Shown here one piece after another: positions 39,660 through 53,885 of a stretch of DNA of 64,000 bases. Positions within the stretch are counted from its first letter, which is position 1. Every line of letters begins with the position of its first letter. This stretch comes from Patella caerulea (Eukaryota), in contig JAZGQO010000009.1 of assembly GCA_036850965.1 (NCBI GenBank), positions 353,610 through 417,609 on the forward strand, in the 5' to 3' direction. The position numbers and the translations under genes are program-made. A model generated the notes under the pieces. It searched no databases, was not told where the DNA came from, and was given only the letters and a program-made list of their open reading frames with translations.

Positions 39660-40055
39660 TCTCGTTCAAATGGTATTAAACCCAAAGTTTCTGTTAGAAT
39701 TAGTGGAAATAAACGAGTAATCTGGGATTTTACAGGTTTTATATGTTGATAAAAGTGGGCTTTTAAATGAAAAACGTAAAGCCATTTCCTTACAATTCCC
39801 TCATGTTATTGAAATAGCTAGATCTTGCCAGACAAAAAGTTGACGTTAAAACAGAGTCCAAGAAAAAGATTTGTTTTAAAACAAAGCAACGCTTTGCTGG
39901 GCCATCGAGGTTTCGTTCAAATGGTATTAAACCCAAAGTTTCTGTTAGAATCAGTGGAAATAAACGAGTAATCTGGGATTTTACAGGTTTTATATGTTGA
40001 TAAAAGTGGGCTTTTAAATGAAAAACGTAAAGCCATTTCCTTATAATTCCCTCCT
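39660..40055 (+). repeat. about 145-bp direct repeat x2 separated by a dispersed about 100-bp segment also present at 35620-35730
   Basis: CGTTCAAATGGTATTAAACCCAAAGTTTCTGTTAGAAT.AGTGGAAATAAACGAGTAATCTGGGATTTTACAGGTTTTATATGTTGATAAAAGTGGGCTTTTAAATGAAAAACGTAAAGCCATTTCCTTA at 39660 and 39910. Confidence 0.7.
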
Positions 40056-41904
40056 GGTATTTGGCGGTTTTTTTTCACCAAGTCAGAACATTTTCGGTGT
40101 TACTAGTTTCAGACCGCGGACTTTCGTCTCATGTATTCGAATTACAAAGGAAATTTGGTCCAAATTTCTTTAGGAATTCATGCGTGCGATATTTTTGCAA
40201 TATTTGTGCGACATTCGAAAATTTGTCGTAAATACCAATTCAGTGTGATTCCAAGTGAAAACTTGTCGCTAATTTGCGTATTGACTAGCCTGGGAATAAT
40301 GTTATTATAGGGACTTCGCTCGGTGAAAAGAAATGAAAATAATGGAAAGAAGACCCATATGAAATGATTAGAAAATCACATTCGAATGTACTGTGAAAGC
40401 GGACAGAACAGTTTAACGGCCTAAGGGGGCGTGGGGTTAGCGCGTGCGCGTTGTATCATAAGGCCTGTCATTGAGTCATCTGTCGTGGCTTAGATTCCCC
40501 AGTTATACGTGACAAGGTTTCACCCCCTGGGCTTTCTATGGGTCCTCCGGTTTCCTCCCACTCCTTCAGCAAGCGATTTATTCAAATAAAATTTCACGCA
40601 TATCTGTATTGGTTCCTCCAGTCCCTACCACGCTAAGCGAATTATTGAAATAAAATTGAACCACGTGCTAGACTCGAAATGACATAGTCTTAGATCAGGT
40701 TGATCTTAACATCATAATACAGTTCGTATGCGCTGAAAGTACCAATTTCAGGCATGCCTGTATTGTTTATTGGGGTAATTAGAGAGTTTCTGGGATTTTA
40801 ATACAATTTTCGGTGATGCTAAGTCTCTGACTGAGTGATAAATGTACCATCTATTGAGTGGGTTGATTTGATAGATTCTGAAACCTTCCGGGGATTAAGA
40901 CCGGCTAACACATTTATTTATTTGCCACATGTTGTTTTAGGGTTCAACGCTCTGACTTTTATCATTCACGTGGGAATTACATAATCATTTTGTCATGGAA
41001 CTTCCCAACAAGGAAGCACACACTATCAAAGCCTCCAGCGTTTTAATGGCTTGATTCTTTTCAGCAATTATAACAGTGAGGAAGGTGGATTAATTTCAGA
41101 TGTTTACACAAAATAATATATCACTGGAGTAGGTAATCTCTCTGAAGACGACATGGTGGAATCATAGGTAGGGAAACAGACTAAATGTTGGTCTCACGGC
41201 GAATGGGCTTACGAATGCTGGTTCGTGAGTGTTTGCTTTGCTTCATGAGGTGTTGCGAATAACAAGAACATGTCCGAAAGCATGTTCGCATTACTTTCGC
41301 TATAGTTTCGTAAGCAATCGCAAACCATTGCTTTTGATGGCAAGACAAGGCATAGATCGTAAGACATTTATAAGGATTTGCTAGCATCCATCTTGACGTT
41401 TCCATAAGAATACCATTGGTAAACGTTTGTAAGTTCACGATTCTTTTAGTATTTCCTCAGGTCAATCTGATCACGTTCAGCCAATTTTTCGCGATTTTAT
41501 TTTTTCATATTCTCAGGGATATTATTCACTGTGAGAGCAACATAACAAAATAGTTGAAGGGTGGGTTTGGGTGGCAAATTGTGTGGAATATTAAAACTTA
41601 GCACGACTTTTAAAGTTGAATTTTATCTGGGACCCAAAACGAAATTGGTGGCTGTTTTGTAGGGGTTTATTTTAAAAATATAAATAAACGTCGCCTGCTA
41701 ATAAACTTGGTAGGATTTGACCCGGTCCTACAGTGTCTGACAACCGCGTAAGTAAAGTATTGGAATAAAACTGTTAGTCCCTTAAATGTAGCTGAGTGGA
41801 CATAAATCACATTTCTCGTTCTTAAAATCATCATGCGAGGGCTATGCCGAACCTTTCTGGGACTACAAAATGACCTTGTTGTTAGATTATATGAACCCGA
41901 CCGA

Positions 41905-42115
41905 CCTCAATATCCTGTGTATACAAGATATCATGATAAAAGACCATATCTTGAGTATACAAGATTCTATGGTACAAGACCATGTCCCGAGTATACAAGA
42001 CCATGCAGTTATCTGCAAGATTATATGGGCACAATACCATGTCCTGTGTTCGTAAGATTCAATGGTACAAGACCATGTCCTGCGTATACAAGATTCTATG
42101 AGTACAAGACGAAGA
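41905..42115. repeat. minisatellite, about 33-bp unit (GTATACAAGATTCTATGGTACAAGACCATGTCC), about 6 copies; generates the spurious repetitive ORF 41833-42123
   Basis: Periodic YTR...RP motif in the translation; direct DNA periodicity. Confidence 0.7.
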
Positions 42116-44692
42116 TGCTTTAATTTATACAGCTGGTTTCTATCATTTCAGCAAGGAACGATCAAAGTTTACCAGAGTTTATGCCCCACCTTTGTCCCAA
42201 CCTTTTACTCATGACAAACTTAACCCGATAAACCTTTATTCCCCAGTATTAACTATGTTCCATGTCATGGAGGAATTCTTTTGAAACCTTTGTAAATTAC
42301 AATATGAAAAGAATAAATGTCGCAAAAATAGTTCAGATCCCTTTTACTACTCATAAAATCACTGAGCTGAATTGAAAATTGTACACCCTTAGACATGGGT
42401 AAAACCTCTTTTAATCCTAGTAAATCCGAACAGAGATATCATTATCGTTGATATTTAGGTTTTGTTTTCTTTAATAAATGTTGGCATAAGTAATCTGGGT
42501 TCAATTTATCGTTCATTTATTTTGAACAATATGTGGACGGAAATTCAACTTTTACAATATTGTACTGTGCAAGTCATTTCTATATCGCCCAAAATCAAAC
42601 CAATGACTAGGGCCCTGTTTCTAGAAATCTTAACTGGAGATAAAATCCACATAATTTAAATAGATGCTTCAATTTTGATTGGCGAAGCAGTAAAATCAAT
42701 CAAACATTATCCAATCAAATAACTATAATATTTGGATTTTACCTTAGTTTAAAACAGGCCTCTGGGACTATAAACGTTAAATAGTCAATCTGAGTACATT
42801 TTAGTGTGGATTAAGTCGTAAAACATTAGATATTGTTTCAAAAATGCCAATGACCATCAGTAGCTTTAACTCATGGACAGAGGGCCAACATTTAATTAAC
42901 CTTATTTTGTCAATGGCTGACCGAAATGTTCTGCAAATCAGTGAAAACACTGTGTTCGAACTAACGAGATGTTTTGTCTCATGTTGTTTAAGAAGCTGAC
43001 AGATTACCCGTTACCGTGTGACTGAAATGAATATGGCTCTAAAATCATTGTTCACGATCACTCTAAAATCTTTAAGCTTAATCACCGTGCGATGTATCCA
43101 GTAAACATCACTAAATACAGTTTAATTAATTTGTGGCTGTCGTTTTTACAATTAACTACATATTTACGGCTTGGCATCCTCAATAGCTACTTGAATTTAT
43201 ATTTTATGGCATGTCACTACTGGCACGATATACATTCTCGTGGGACAGGTTACTGTAGTATCTACAATGTCTACGGGAAAAATGACGATATAACGTGCTG
43301 CTCACGTCCACGTCTATGCTTATCTTGATAATATAAGGTTAAAAATATCTTAGAATGGTAACACATCTCGGGAGAATACTATATCGTTATCCCATTTCTT
43401 GAATAGCTCAGACCACACTGATCGGCAGTAAATATTGGCTAGGCCTCTACAATTACTGATAAGGATAACTTACTTAGGCCCAAATATTATCTTTTTCCCT
43501 TCGAAAAACAAAATTAAATTCTAAAACATTATGTATTAGAAAAATAAATAAAGTGCAACAGATTGTACACAGACTGGCATCAGAGAACAAAATACCAAAC
43601 CATTTGAGTTTGTTGTGTCATGCAAGATCGGTGTCGTGATGTTTAATGCAGTAAGGGATATGAATCGGGTGTCTGTGACAGATCGACGTGATAGGCCCCG
43701 GTTTCTAAGAGAAGCAGGTCATTGAATCATAAGGTTTTTCATCGATTCAAATGGTGTGGTTTCGATTCCTCACTTGCGCGTGACAAGAAGTAGAGTCGCT
43801 TGTCCAATTTTAACTTAGTCTGCGTCGAGTGGACGTTAAAGCCCATTTCTCTCTCTCTCCACCAAAACATTCCTAAAACCGGCAATATAACTTAATAGCG
43901 TTAAAACTGTTTCCCATAGACGAACAATCAAAAGATCTCGGAGCCGGGGTAATTAAGTCGGTGAACTACCGTTACGTAAGAAATCGTCACCCATTTCTTC
44001 ATTTAATATTAAAATTATGTCAAGCTCTACAATATTTAGGAAACTATTAACGAACGCGTGTCGCTACAATTGTTCTTAAGGTTGACGCTACGGCTGTTGT
44101 CGCGTGTGCGCCAACATTCTTTAAGTATAGGAAGAGAAGCTATCGATCTGTCATCGTAGTGGAAATGAAACGAAATGAAACTTTCGTCGCTAGTTATATG
44201 CTTGTGTATGCTTGGTAATAACCAGACTGTTGTGTGTGCTATCTAATTTACTGCCGACATGGTTTTGTCAGCTCCATGGCTAGAATAGTTAAATTAACTA
44301 GTGGACAGAATATTCCTTATTTTCCTGTTGTGTATGTATCGGAATTTCAGCTTAAATGAAAGATGACCAAGTTATGTAATCTTTGTTTTAAAAATCTTTA
44401 ATCTACGCCATTGACCGACAACCGTGACTGACGGAAGATCTTTTCGTGCTAAACAGCAATTTCTTTCCACTCTGTCACGATTATAAAAAGAATTACGTAC
44501 TGTGCAAAGAAATGATTAAAGGTAAGTTGTTAAATTTTTCATCTAAAGAAAAATCCACGAATTGTTTGTTAGTATGCCATAAAATAAACTAAGGTCTAAC
44601 CATCAGTCACCGCGTCACACGCATTTTACTTACGATATATTTTATTTATACTATTCTTTAAATGAATTGGAGATCGAGGAACAAGCAAGTCT

Positions 44693-44930
44693 GATGGCCG
44701 AATGGTATGGCATTGAGCCAACTGGCGTGGTTTCTTATCCCCGGTGACAAGGAGTAGGATCGCCTGTTCAACCCCTTGGGGTCTTCCGGTTTTTCCACTG
44801 CTAACGACCCCTGCGCGCAACCGAATTATTGAAATAAAAATTCAACCATGTTTTGGTCACGAAATTACCTAGTTTGTGTCGAACGGACGTTAAACTCCAT
44901 TTCCCTCCTTCTCTTTCACACACAATTATA
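44693..44930 (+). repeat. SINE family A-related copy (different head, same body and tail ...GAACGGACGTTAAACTCCATTTCC)
   Basis: Shares CCGGTTT.TCCACTGCTAA.GACCCCTGCGCGCAA.CGAATTATTGAAATAAAAATT.AACCATGTT...GAAAT.ACCTAGTTTGTGTCGA. Confidence 0.55.
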
Positions 44931-45039
44931 ATATAATGTGTGATAATATTGAAAATGGTATTTAACAATTAAATAAACATACGCGTGTAGTTAGGTACCA
45001 TGTCAGGATATAAAGTATGGCCGTATGGTTGATGTCAAT

Positions 45040-45490
45040 CCGCTGTCACTGGGTTTCGCTTCGCAAATGACTTCTGGCGTTTCTTCTTTTTGTGTACGTT
45101 TTGTTTCTGACCACAATAGGACTTTGGGTAGACCGCTACCATGACTTCTGTGGGTTATACTAGTTATTTCCTAATTATTGTCGATGACAATAATTGCAGT
45201 TTGGGCTGTCCGAGTAGTCCACTGTTATTGAGTTTCGCAAATGACTTCTGGTGGTTTTACTTATTTTGTAGGCTTTGTAGATGACGATAATTGCGTTTTG
45301 TGTTGTCATGTTAGTCGGCCCTCATGGGGTTTCCCTTGTGACTTCGCGGGGTTATTCTAATATTCTAATCTTTGTTGATGACACTAATTTTGGTTGTGTA
45401 GTTTAGTCCACTGGCATTGAGTTTCGCTGATAACTTCTGGAGTTTCTTTGTTGGTAGCGCTATTTGAGGTTTGGGTAGTCCGGAATAGAC
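45040..45490. repeat. tandem repeat, about 115-bp unit, 4 copies
   Basis: Recurrent TTGAGTTTCGC.AATGACTTCTGG.G.TTTC and GATGAC.ATAATTGC.TTT.G. Confidence 0.7.
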
Positions 45491-46004
45491 AGACTCTTTA
45501 GGCCGTGTGCTGGATGAGATTTTGTTTGAAGCTACATTGTATGCAAAAGCCAGCCAGATTGATTGCCTGAAAATCGAAATGCATTTTTAAGTTTTTAAAA
45601 TAATTATTCTTAATACATTTAGTGAAATGAGTTGTACATAGGCTAAGCCAGTTTCTCAAGCCCGGGAGCTTAATAAACTACTCTACCATAAAAATGTTGT
45701 TTACGTCAAATATCTTGCTTTTTATTTGAATGGAGATTTCAAGGCTAAATGGGTGCAATGGGAGATTATCCCCTGTTTGAATTACAACCAGTGTTGGGAT
45801 TGTAATCAGGTACAATGATAGACATAAGAGGATACTTGTTTCCCATAAAAATAATTTTGACAGATTTTCTTGCGTGAACAGAACGTGTAAAATATATTTG
45901 TTTTCGAGGAACAGTGTCTAGTTCGGATGGAACGAGAAATCTGGGTGTCGTGTACAATTGAATTGTATATCGGTGAAAGAACCAGGCGGGATTCAATGGG
46001 GTTG

Positions 46005-46265
46005 GGATGGCCTAGTGGTCTAGAGTGCCGCGCTTCGACCTCTAGCTGGCCGGTCATCTCTGGCTTGCGGCTATGGTTTCGAGCCCAGGTGTGAGCGTAT
46101 GTGGCATGGAGATAGGGGCTCCCTCTCAACCTCGTGGGTTTCCTCCAGGCACTCCGGTTTCCTCCACAGCAAAGACCCCTGCGCGTGCGCTAAGATAATG
46201 GAAATAGAAAAAATAAGACTTGTCTGCGATATCACCTTCGGTGGAAGCGGACGTTAAACACCAAG
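46005..46265 (+). repeat. SINE family A copy with variant 3' region (GCGGACGTTAAACACC + (CAA)n)
   Basis: Head GGATGGCCTAGTGGTCTAGAGTGCCGCGCTTCGACCTCTAGCTGGCCGGTCATCTCTGGCTTGCGGCTATGGTTTCGAGCCC. Confidence 0.65.
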
Positions 46266-49200
46266 AACAACAACAACGGGTAAAACAGAAAGGCCCGTAC
46301 ATCCCCTTGTTTTTATTTTTACTTATGCCTAGGCCCCACTCGGGAAAATCATCGGCGATTTGGAAATAAATTATTTTCTCCCGATGGACTCCAATGTTTT
46401 TACCCTCAAAAACGAAGTTGTCCCAAGAGAAATGGCACTTATTAGGCTTCGGGGATAGTCCAATGAAAGTTCACTGGTGCTTCGGCCATGGCCACAAAGC
46501 TTCTGGGAATGGCTTCCAATAATCCGGGGAACAACTCGTGTTTTAAATTTTTGCGTCACTTCCCGTTTCTTCAAATCTTCTTTACGTATCTATCTTAGCA
46601 ATGATCTCAGCGTTAAAATTATATTTGGCATGTGTTTAACCACTTCTATCACATATTGTGATAATGGTTCACACATACAATGTCCTTTAATATATAAATG
46701 CACGTACCAATGATCTAATCTTCTAGAAGCGAACACTAATGCGTATCGGTGGCACTCATGCCTTGGCTCCACTGTTTTTTTCTTTACCTCGGCGATGTAC
46801 TACCGATGGAAGTTAATGAGCCCCGGGAATAGCTTAGAGGCCATCCCGACCCATGTGTAACCACCGGGATGAGTCGCGAGAACTGCACAAAATATCAATG
46901 CTTGTATTGATTTTTTTCCCATGAGTTCCCGACGGTTTGTCCAGAAAACCGCATAGGGAGGTAATCACCGGGGTTTCCAGATCCACGGGAATGCTTCCTT
47001 GTAGCTTCTTCGAAGTATTGTTCCCCGAGGCATCCCCGAAGCATCAGTGATGTCTCTCCGAATTGTAAGGAATCGAGGATGCCTAAGGAAATAACGCGTC
47101 AGTTGATAATTGCAGGGGGGGGGGATTTCAAATGGGTCCATTATTCAGCTTCCTCAATACGAATAATAGAAAGGCAAATTCTTTTGTGGAAGGGACCGAT
47201 AGAATAAGGTTTCAAAAGCAAGATAGATCATAAACATGCAGTCATGGCACCATTAATTGCGGTACACGTGGTGAGCACCCCAGAGAACTCTTAGACGTTG
47301 ATTCGATTACAAAAATTAAGTGGCGACACCAGGACTTTCCAGTGGGGTTGTCCCATGAATAGCTTCGAATGAAAAGTACATTCAGTAATGTTTAGGTAAA
47401 TTCGATAGATGAGGTGATGGGCGACCACTAGTGCCATCGCATACCAAAGCACAAGAAAGAATAAAATTATGGTGACCAATTCTTATGTTTTGTTTCCGAA
47501 GACATTTGTGAGTAGCAGTTTTCTACAAATCTTTAAAGATACAGTAGAATCGTCGCCGTCTGCTAAGATAGCCAGAAACTATTCTAATTACTATATTTCG
47601 GAATTCCTACGTGGGCGGGAACATCACCTCTGGACATTGTAACTCACAAAGGGAATGATTGTGCCTTTAACTAAGAAAATAGAAGCGGTAAAATTTCTTA
47701 TTTGCTCAGGCATCTTCAACAGGAAATTTCCATGGAAACACTGGGATACGATATCACCCTAGATGGAAGCGGGCGTTGAACTGTTTTGTGTTGCTCGAGT
47801 GGGCATTAAACCCATTGCCTTTAGAGCTAAAATAAAACCAACTGTCAAGACACCTACCTACAGATCCGTGTGTGCCTCAAGAAACGATTCGTCGCAAATC
47901 CGGAGATGCTGTTCTCCTATCAGACTTCCTGCTCTTTAATTACGGATATGTTTGTGAGGTAATCTCTGGCCCGATCAGATTCACGAGCCATGGGCGTTAA
48001 ACTAATGTATGTATCTATTCATTAAATCACAATATTCAATTTAATGATACGCTGTGTTATCTTTTTTGAAAACATAGGACCTATTTTTCAGCTTCATCAC
48101 GCGAAACCATTCATTATCAGCATTCTGTCTACCGTGTCTCTCGTCGTGTTATGATTATCGTGCTTCCGTCGTGCTATGATTATCGTGCTCCCGTCCAGCC
48201 CGTCGTGTGAGAATTCTGGAAGAGAGTACTAAATAGAATCATACACGCATATAAATTCCTAAAGAGCAAAACATGTTATTTTCAACGGGAAATTCGCCAT
48301 TCACTTAACCTTGTATTAATAGTATGTAATATATTGTTAAGGGAGAGGGGTTTAACATTGGCTAAGCCTTTTCCCCAATTCCACTGAGACATTCTAACAA
48401 AAAATATTATTTAATGGTTAATTTGGAATAGGGCTACTAATTATGTATTCATAAACTCTGATGTGTTTATCTTGGTCTGTAACGTTTTTTGGGGTTGGGT
48501 GGGGTTAAGTGTGTCTTAAGTTTATTGCGACAATGACAGTAAAATAGGCCTCATTTATCTGACCAACAACCTATAGGATATTAGTTGTAATAAGCAAATG
48601 GGTTTTTATTGGGAAATCCCGGATTCCTCTTCTTCAAAACACTAATCACCAAAACCTGGCACAAAATCAAAATATAACCCATTGTTGTCAATTTTATATC
48701 AAAGCCTAAAATAAACACGGACATGCAAGTCGTGGTGTAAAAGCAAGAGAAATGATTGAATGAATATAACACGCATTACTTCTCAGACAAAATTAGCGGT
48801 GTGACTCCAAATTTTACACAAAAAACAATGACAAGAACAGATATTTTTTTTGCCAGCCCGTAACATCAGATTATTTTGTGCAGACATCCCCGGAGACGGT
48901 ATTTTGTAAATTTCTTACGAACTGATGATTTTTCAGCAGTTTGACCTGACATCCCTGCCATTACACAGTAGCAAGATTTCGCTGAGGTGGTGTGAGTCCA
49001 ATTGAGCCATTAATTCATCAGAGTTTGAAGATCCATTATGAAATGTAATGGGCCTTATTAAGGTGGACGTACGCCAAACATGGTGTTACGAAGGAGTTTA
49101 TTTAATAATGTAATTAAGAAGACACACAGCATTCAATATTCTACCAAAAGATTGTACTATATAGGTAAATTCTATATAATCATTCGGTTGTATAATCTTG

Positions 49201-50886
49201 ACAAACCGTCCTTATTTAGTAAATAAAGAATTACTGAAAATCTAACCTGGCATAACATATTATTATATTTACTATATCGACATGTCTCAACAGTGAAAAT
49301 ACCCCACGGTGCGTCCTGTAGGTGAGCTGGAAGTCCGGGATACTAATATAATTCTTGGGTTGAAATCTATACAAAACCTATGTTGTTGACGTTTAAAGGG
49401 TATGACTCTAGTTTGATTAGATATTACAAATTGAACGACATTCGTTTACGACTGCTTATATAGTATAGTCCATTCTGCATTTTGTCGTTTATGAATCAGC
49501 CATTACTTATTACTTCCGCGTTTTCGTGTAGGGTGTGTTTGTCTTTGTGAAATACAAATGGCGCCCGAACCATAGAATGCACGACTCGTATACTGATTTT
49601 AGAGTATTTTTTGTGTTTTGAATAATTATTTTATATTGGGATCCATATTTTCATGGCAAGATAACGGCGTCAATATTGATTAAATGGACCAATACTGGAT
49701 AATAATTCGTGTTTTTAATTTGGAATAATTATGGAACAAAATCTAGTCAATTACAAATAGCTACAAATCGATTATTATACATTCATACAAGGGAGAAAAA
49801 CATTAATTTCATAAAACAACATAATACAACATGACACAATAGATACAAATTATTAAGAAGCTTACATTATGTTTTAAGTAGATTAGGTTTAGACGTACTA
49901 GACACTGAAAAAATTAATGGCCAAGAGTAATCTTTAATTAAGATATTGAGATAAGCTGAAACAATTTCTGGAAATCTGAAATAAAATATTATAAAATAAG
50001 TTTATCTAAAATATTTAAGTGAACAAAGAATATGTCATTTAGTAACCGTATCCAAAACTTAGAGTTTAACGTCCACTTGGACTAGGCTATTTTCGGGAAG
50101 AAGGTATGGTTTCATTCTATTTTAAAATTCGCCAGCACGTGTGGGTCATTTGCAGTTGGAGGAAAACGGGGGATGGACATTTTTCCATCCTACTCGTTGT
50201 CACATACATGGGGATAATCGAAACCAGACCTTATGATGTAAAGCGCTTGCGTTAAACCATCCGTCCTTACAGACCTATTCATCATGTCAAAATTCTCTTT
50301 ATATTAACAGCGCGATTGTTTCCACTAATGGTCGTAGCCAAGCTATCGAATTTAAACTATATTAATCACGCACGTTAAAGGGGGTTATATATATATGTTT
50401 TATGCCGTACATTACGGGCTCAGTATCCGCGCCTCTCTACTCTATATATCGGTATGATCGTACGTCAATAAACGTCCCATCAAACTGGAATGAACACGGT
50501 CTTTTACTTAAATATCACATCTTTAATGGACAGAAAACGATCAATGTAGACACTTGAATTAGGTATCTTAGTTTTCCTGAAAGTCCCATGTTCGACATCC
50601 TAATTACACAGAAGTGGAAGTCGATGCCAAGTGGAAGTCGTAATTTTGGTCACTCTGGTGTCTGGCTTCGATTTTTTAATTACTTAAATTGTTCTGTATA
50701 TTAGTTAATTACGTAGTACCAAGTTTAGGTATTTAGGTCAACCATTTCATTGAAAGTTCTTTGTCTGGACCGTTAGATGAGCTGCAGCTCATCTTATAGA
50801 TTTTGATGGTCATGTTTGAAAAATGCATTTCAATCGATAGATATGTATTAAGGATGTCAACCATCGATGAAATATAATTAATGGCA

Positions 50887-51315
50887 TGGGGTTCAACGTC
50901 CTATTTAACGACCTGGCTAATGAAGACGGGCATACGTCATGAAATTTGCTATGAGGGGAGAGCGACATTACCGCCTATTGTTCATCAAGTTGCAACTTTT
51001 AATGGTTCTCTTCGGAAAAGGGAATCACGGTGGAGGTCGGGCGTTCGATTCCTGCACTGGCCGAGAAATTTCATCCAGATTTTCCAGCGTGGTTCTCCCT
51101 TGTCAGTGATGCAGGACGGAGGGCCTTACAAGGACCCGTTTACACATTAGCATGCACGTAAAAGATCCCTTGAGTGTTGGAATTCGATATAAGAGTAGAC
51201 CGTAGTGCCGCTGTCCGGGCAAAATTTCCCTCATTTCCCCCTATGGCGTATGCCCGTCTGCACTAGCCCAGTTCGAAGCAAAACTGTAGGACGTTAATCC
51301 CCATTCCATTTCCAT
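50887..51315. mobile_element. TIR-bounded about 430-bp element (family B) with internal tRNA-like B-box; termini GGGGTT(C/T)AACGTCCTA...GCTAATGAAGACGGGCATACG and CGTATGCCCGTCTGC...GTAGGACGTTAATCCCC + (ATTTC)n
   Basis: About 55-bp imperfect TIRs at both ends. Interior has GAGGTCGGGCGTTCGATTCCTG (T-arm-like). The TIR core is the reverse complement of the family A SINE tail. Fragments of the same family at 12961-13110, 14041-14160, 19141-19230, 55085-55210, 7040-7150 and 1395-1490(-). Confidence 0.55.
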
Positions 51316-53709
51316 TTATTAGGTACAGGCCCTATTGTACCTATTTTTTTTGCCCAATCCGTAGAACTAGACAATGATTTTTGCCAAACCTTCCGTCCTA
51401 CACTACCGGAAAATCTTGACATACTTTCTCGCCTGACACATGAATCGAATTCTGGGATTTTTTTTGTTAATGAGATACGAAAGTACCCGCTGCGCCACCG
51501 TGACTCCCAGGGAAACATGCCTTTAAAGATATCTCACTACGTGTTTCCATCATTTACTGTTTTTATCATTTACTATCGTGACATAACGCTTAATATAGCC
51601 ATTTATATCCTTGTTCACCTACCTCGGGTGGCCATTACAATTTCCCCAATCCAATTTAACGAAAAACGAAAGCTGTACTTTTATTTAAATATGTAACATC
51701 GTTACTTAACACGAATAACGGCTGTGATGCTCTAGATTCTATGATTAAATACGTAATATAATTGTCTGGACATTCCCTGATAGCGCTAGTGAAGATAAGT
51801 AGTGTTAGATAATTCATATTATCATTCGGCTATATTGTATTGCATTTGTAATGAACATTATTAACAATATATAACTGAAAACCAGGTTAATGCCATGATA
51901 TATTTCTCCTTGGTTCCTGGTTCATGGATTATAATTAAATGATGAAGTTGGATTTTATATAATATACGCTGTTCTTTGCAGTTTCTTGTCCAACACCGAA
52001 TGAGTCGTATACATACCAGCGGTGTTTTCCTAAATTAAAAAGAAGGCACAGTTCCCTACTTTAGAGCGCCGTCCACGAGCGCCATGTGCGCTCACCACAG
52101 CCACAGGGTAAGAGGGGGATACGGACGGAATCCTCCCCCAGGCAATTTTGAAAAATCAATGCCATTTGGTGAATTCACACGTATTTATCTTTGGTAAAAA
52201 AAAAAGTTTATTATCTCAAAAAAAGCCATTTTCTTAGTGGTAGGCTTTCCGTTCATTGCAGTGGAATACGAGATCAAAATTAACTAGTCAACACCCGTCC
52301 ACCGATCGGAACAGATGACCAACCGCACAAACTGTGATAAAAAAAAAGACCTGACCATTTAAGAATGGTGAAGCATTATTAGTATACAAATTATAAATGA
52401 TATGAAAATACCGAGCATACTCGTAACTCGGCCCTACCCTCAAAAACAACCCCGAATCATACATATATTTTATGGTAATACCATCGTGGATTTGTTACCG
52501 CTTTTTCAGCAAATCAAAAACCTTATTTACCTTAGGTCATATCAGCCATATTGGAATAGTGACGGTTTTTATCCACTCGGCAAACCTCGTAAGATTTCGG
52601 AATCTAAACTCGGCTGTACGATGAATTCCGCCATATTGGAACTACTTTAAAGGTCCCGGATGAAACATGGCTGCGCCCATTCCAAACACAAGTTGGCGAC
52701 CTATTTGGCTAGCGACCTATTCGACCGATCCAGCTGTAAGATAATGACGAAATTACACTTCTATTCTGAGCTGAAGGAATGGATAAAAAATAATATATTC
52801 TACTTTCATTTGATAGACATAACGTTGGATTTTATTGGTTGATAAATAGAGACTGTTGTCTTTACTCTAAATAGGATAGGTTTCGAACGAACAGGTTGCA
52901 GCTCGATCGGTCGAATAGGTCGCTAGCCGAATAGGTTCCCAATTTGTGTAATAGCGTCAAGTTTTCCTGTTAAAGTAAACCGGTAGCCGCATCGCAAATG
53001 TATGGGCGTAGGTACATATCACTTACTGTCATACATCCGAGACTAGATGTAGTCTACGTAGTTTACGGAATCTGTCGAGATTAGCCGAGTGGGTTTTTAT
53101 CCTTTTGAAAGTCCTTCAATCGGTGTACATTTGTCAAAAGAATCACAATGTCAGGTCCCATGGCAACGGTACTCGAAGTAGCGGGGTCTTGGGTTTCGCC
53201 CCACGAAGAATAAAAGAGATTGACAAGAGTATGGAACCACTTCCTGATTTAAAAATTAACCTGTCTTTAAAGATCATCATGAAGAACTCATTACGGAGGG
53301 ATACAGATTTTGGTAGTAATTGTTCTTAGGTTTAACATTGAGTTGTAATGTTTCCTTAACGGACTTTGGTTTCTGGAGAAAATAGCTTTTGGTTAATCTA
53401 CACTTCAACATAATAAGTGTTGTCGGGATTACAAGAGAATGATAGAATCGGTAAATAGTAATAACCACTTACTAAGCACGACGAGCAAGAAGATTTCTTG
53501 AGTGTCAGATTATGGACATGTTTACGTGGACGAGTTTATTAGCGCAAATATGACAGTACGTATGTATGTTACACGTTGACGTTAACTATTTCCCTTGAAT
53601 CAAAAATGTTATTAAACAATTTGGAGTTTATATTATAATTTATAATCGGTGCCATCTCGTGCTTTTATTCCTTCTTATTCCAATTACACATCTTCTTGAT
53701 TTGTATTAT

Positions 53710-53885
53710 ATTCCTAGGATCCAGGATTTTTCTGTCGGGGGGGGGGGGCACACATTGGAACAAAATGTAATACGTTGCAACCTTGTATTGCTTGGGCGGA
53801 GACAATGCGAAAATCACGTTTCTATCATCTATTAAAGAGCAGATATGTGAACTACAACAGTAACAAAGCAAACCACCTATCCACC
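53710..53885 (-). repeat. dispersed repeat family D, minus-orientation copy (contains G12 tract)
   Basis: Reverse complement aligns to 6510-6690. Confidence 0.6.

Noticed and set aside
45806-46129. 107-aa ORF (minus) with similarity to ORF 26466-26666
   Set aside because: Both span family A SINE copies in antisense. They are repeat-derived.
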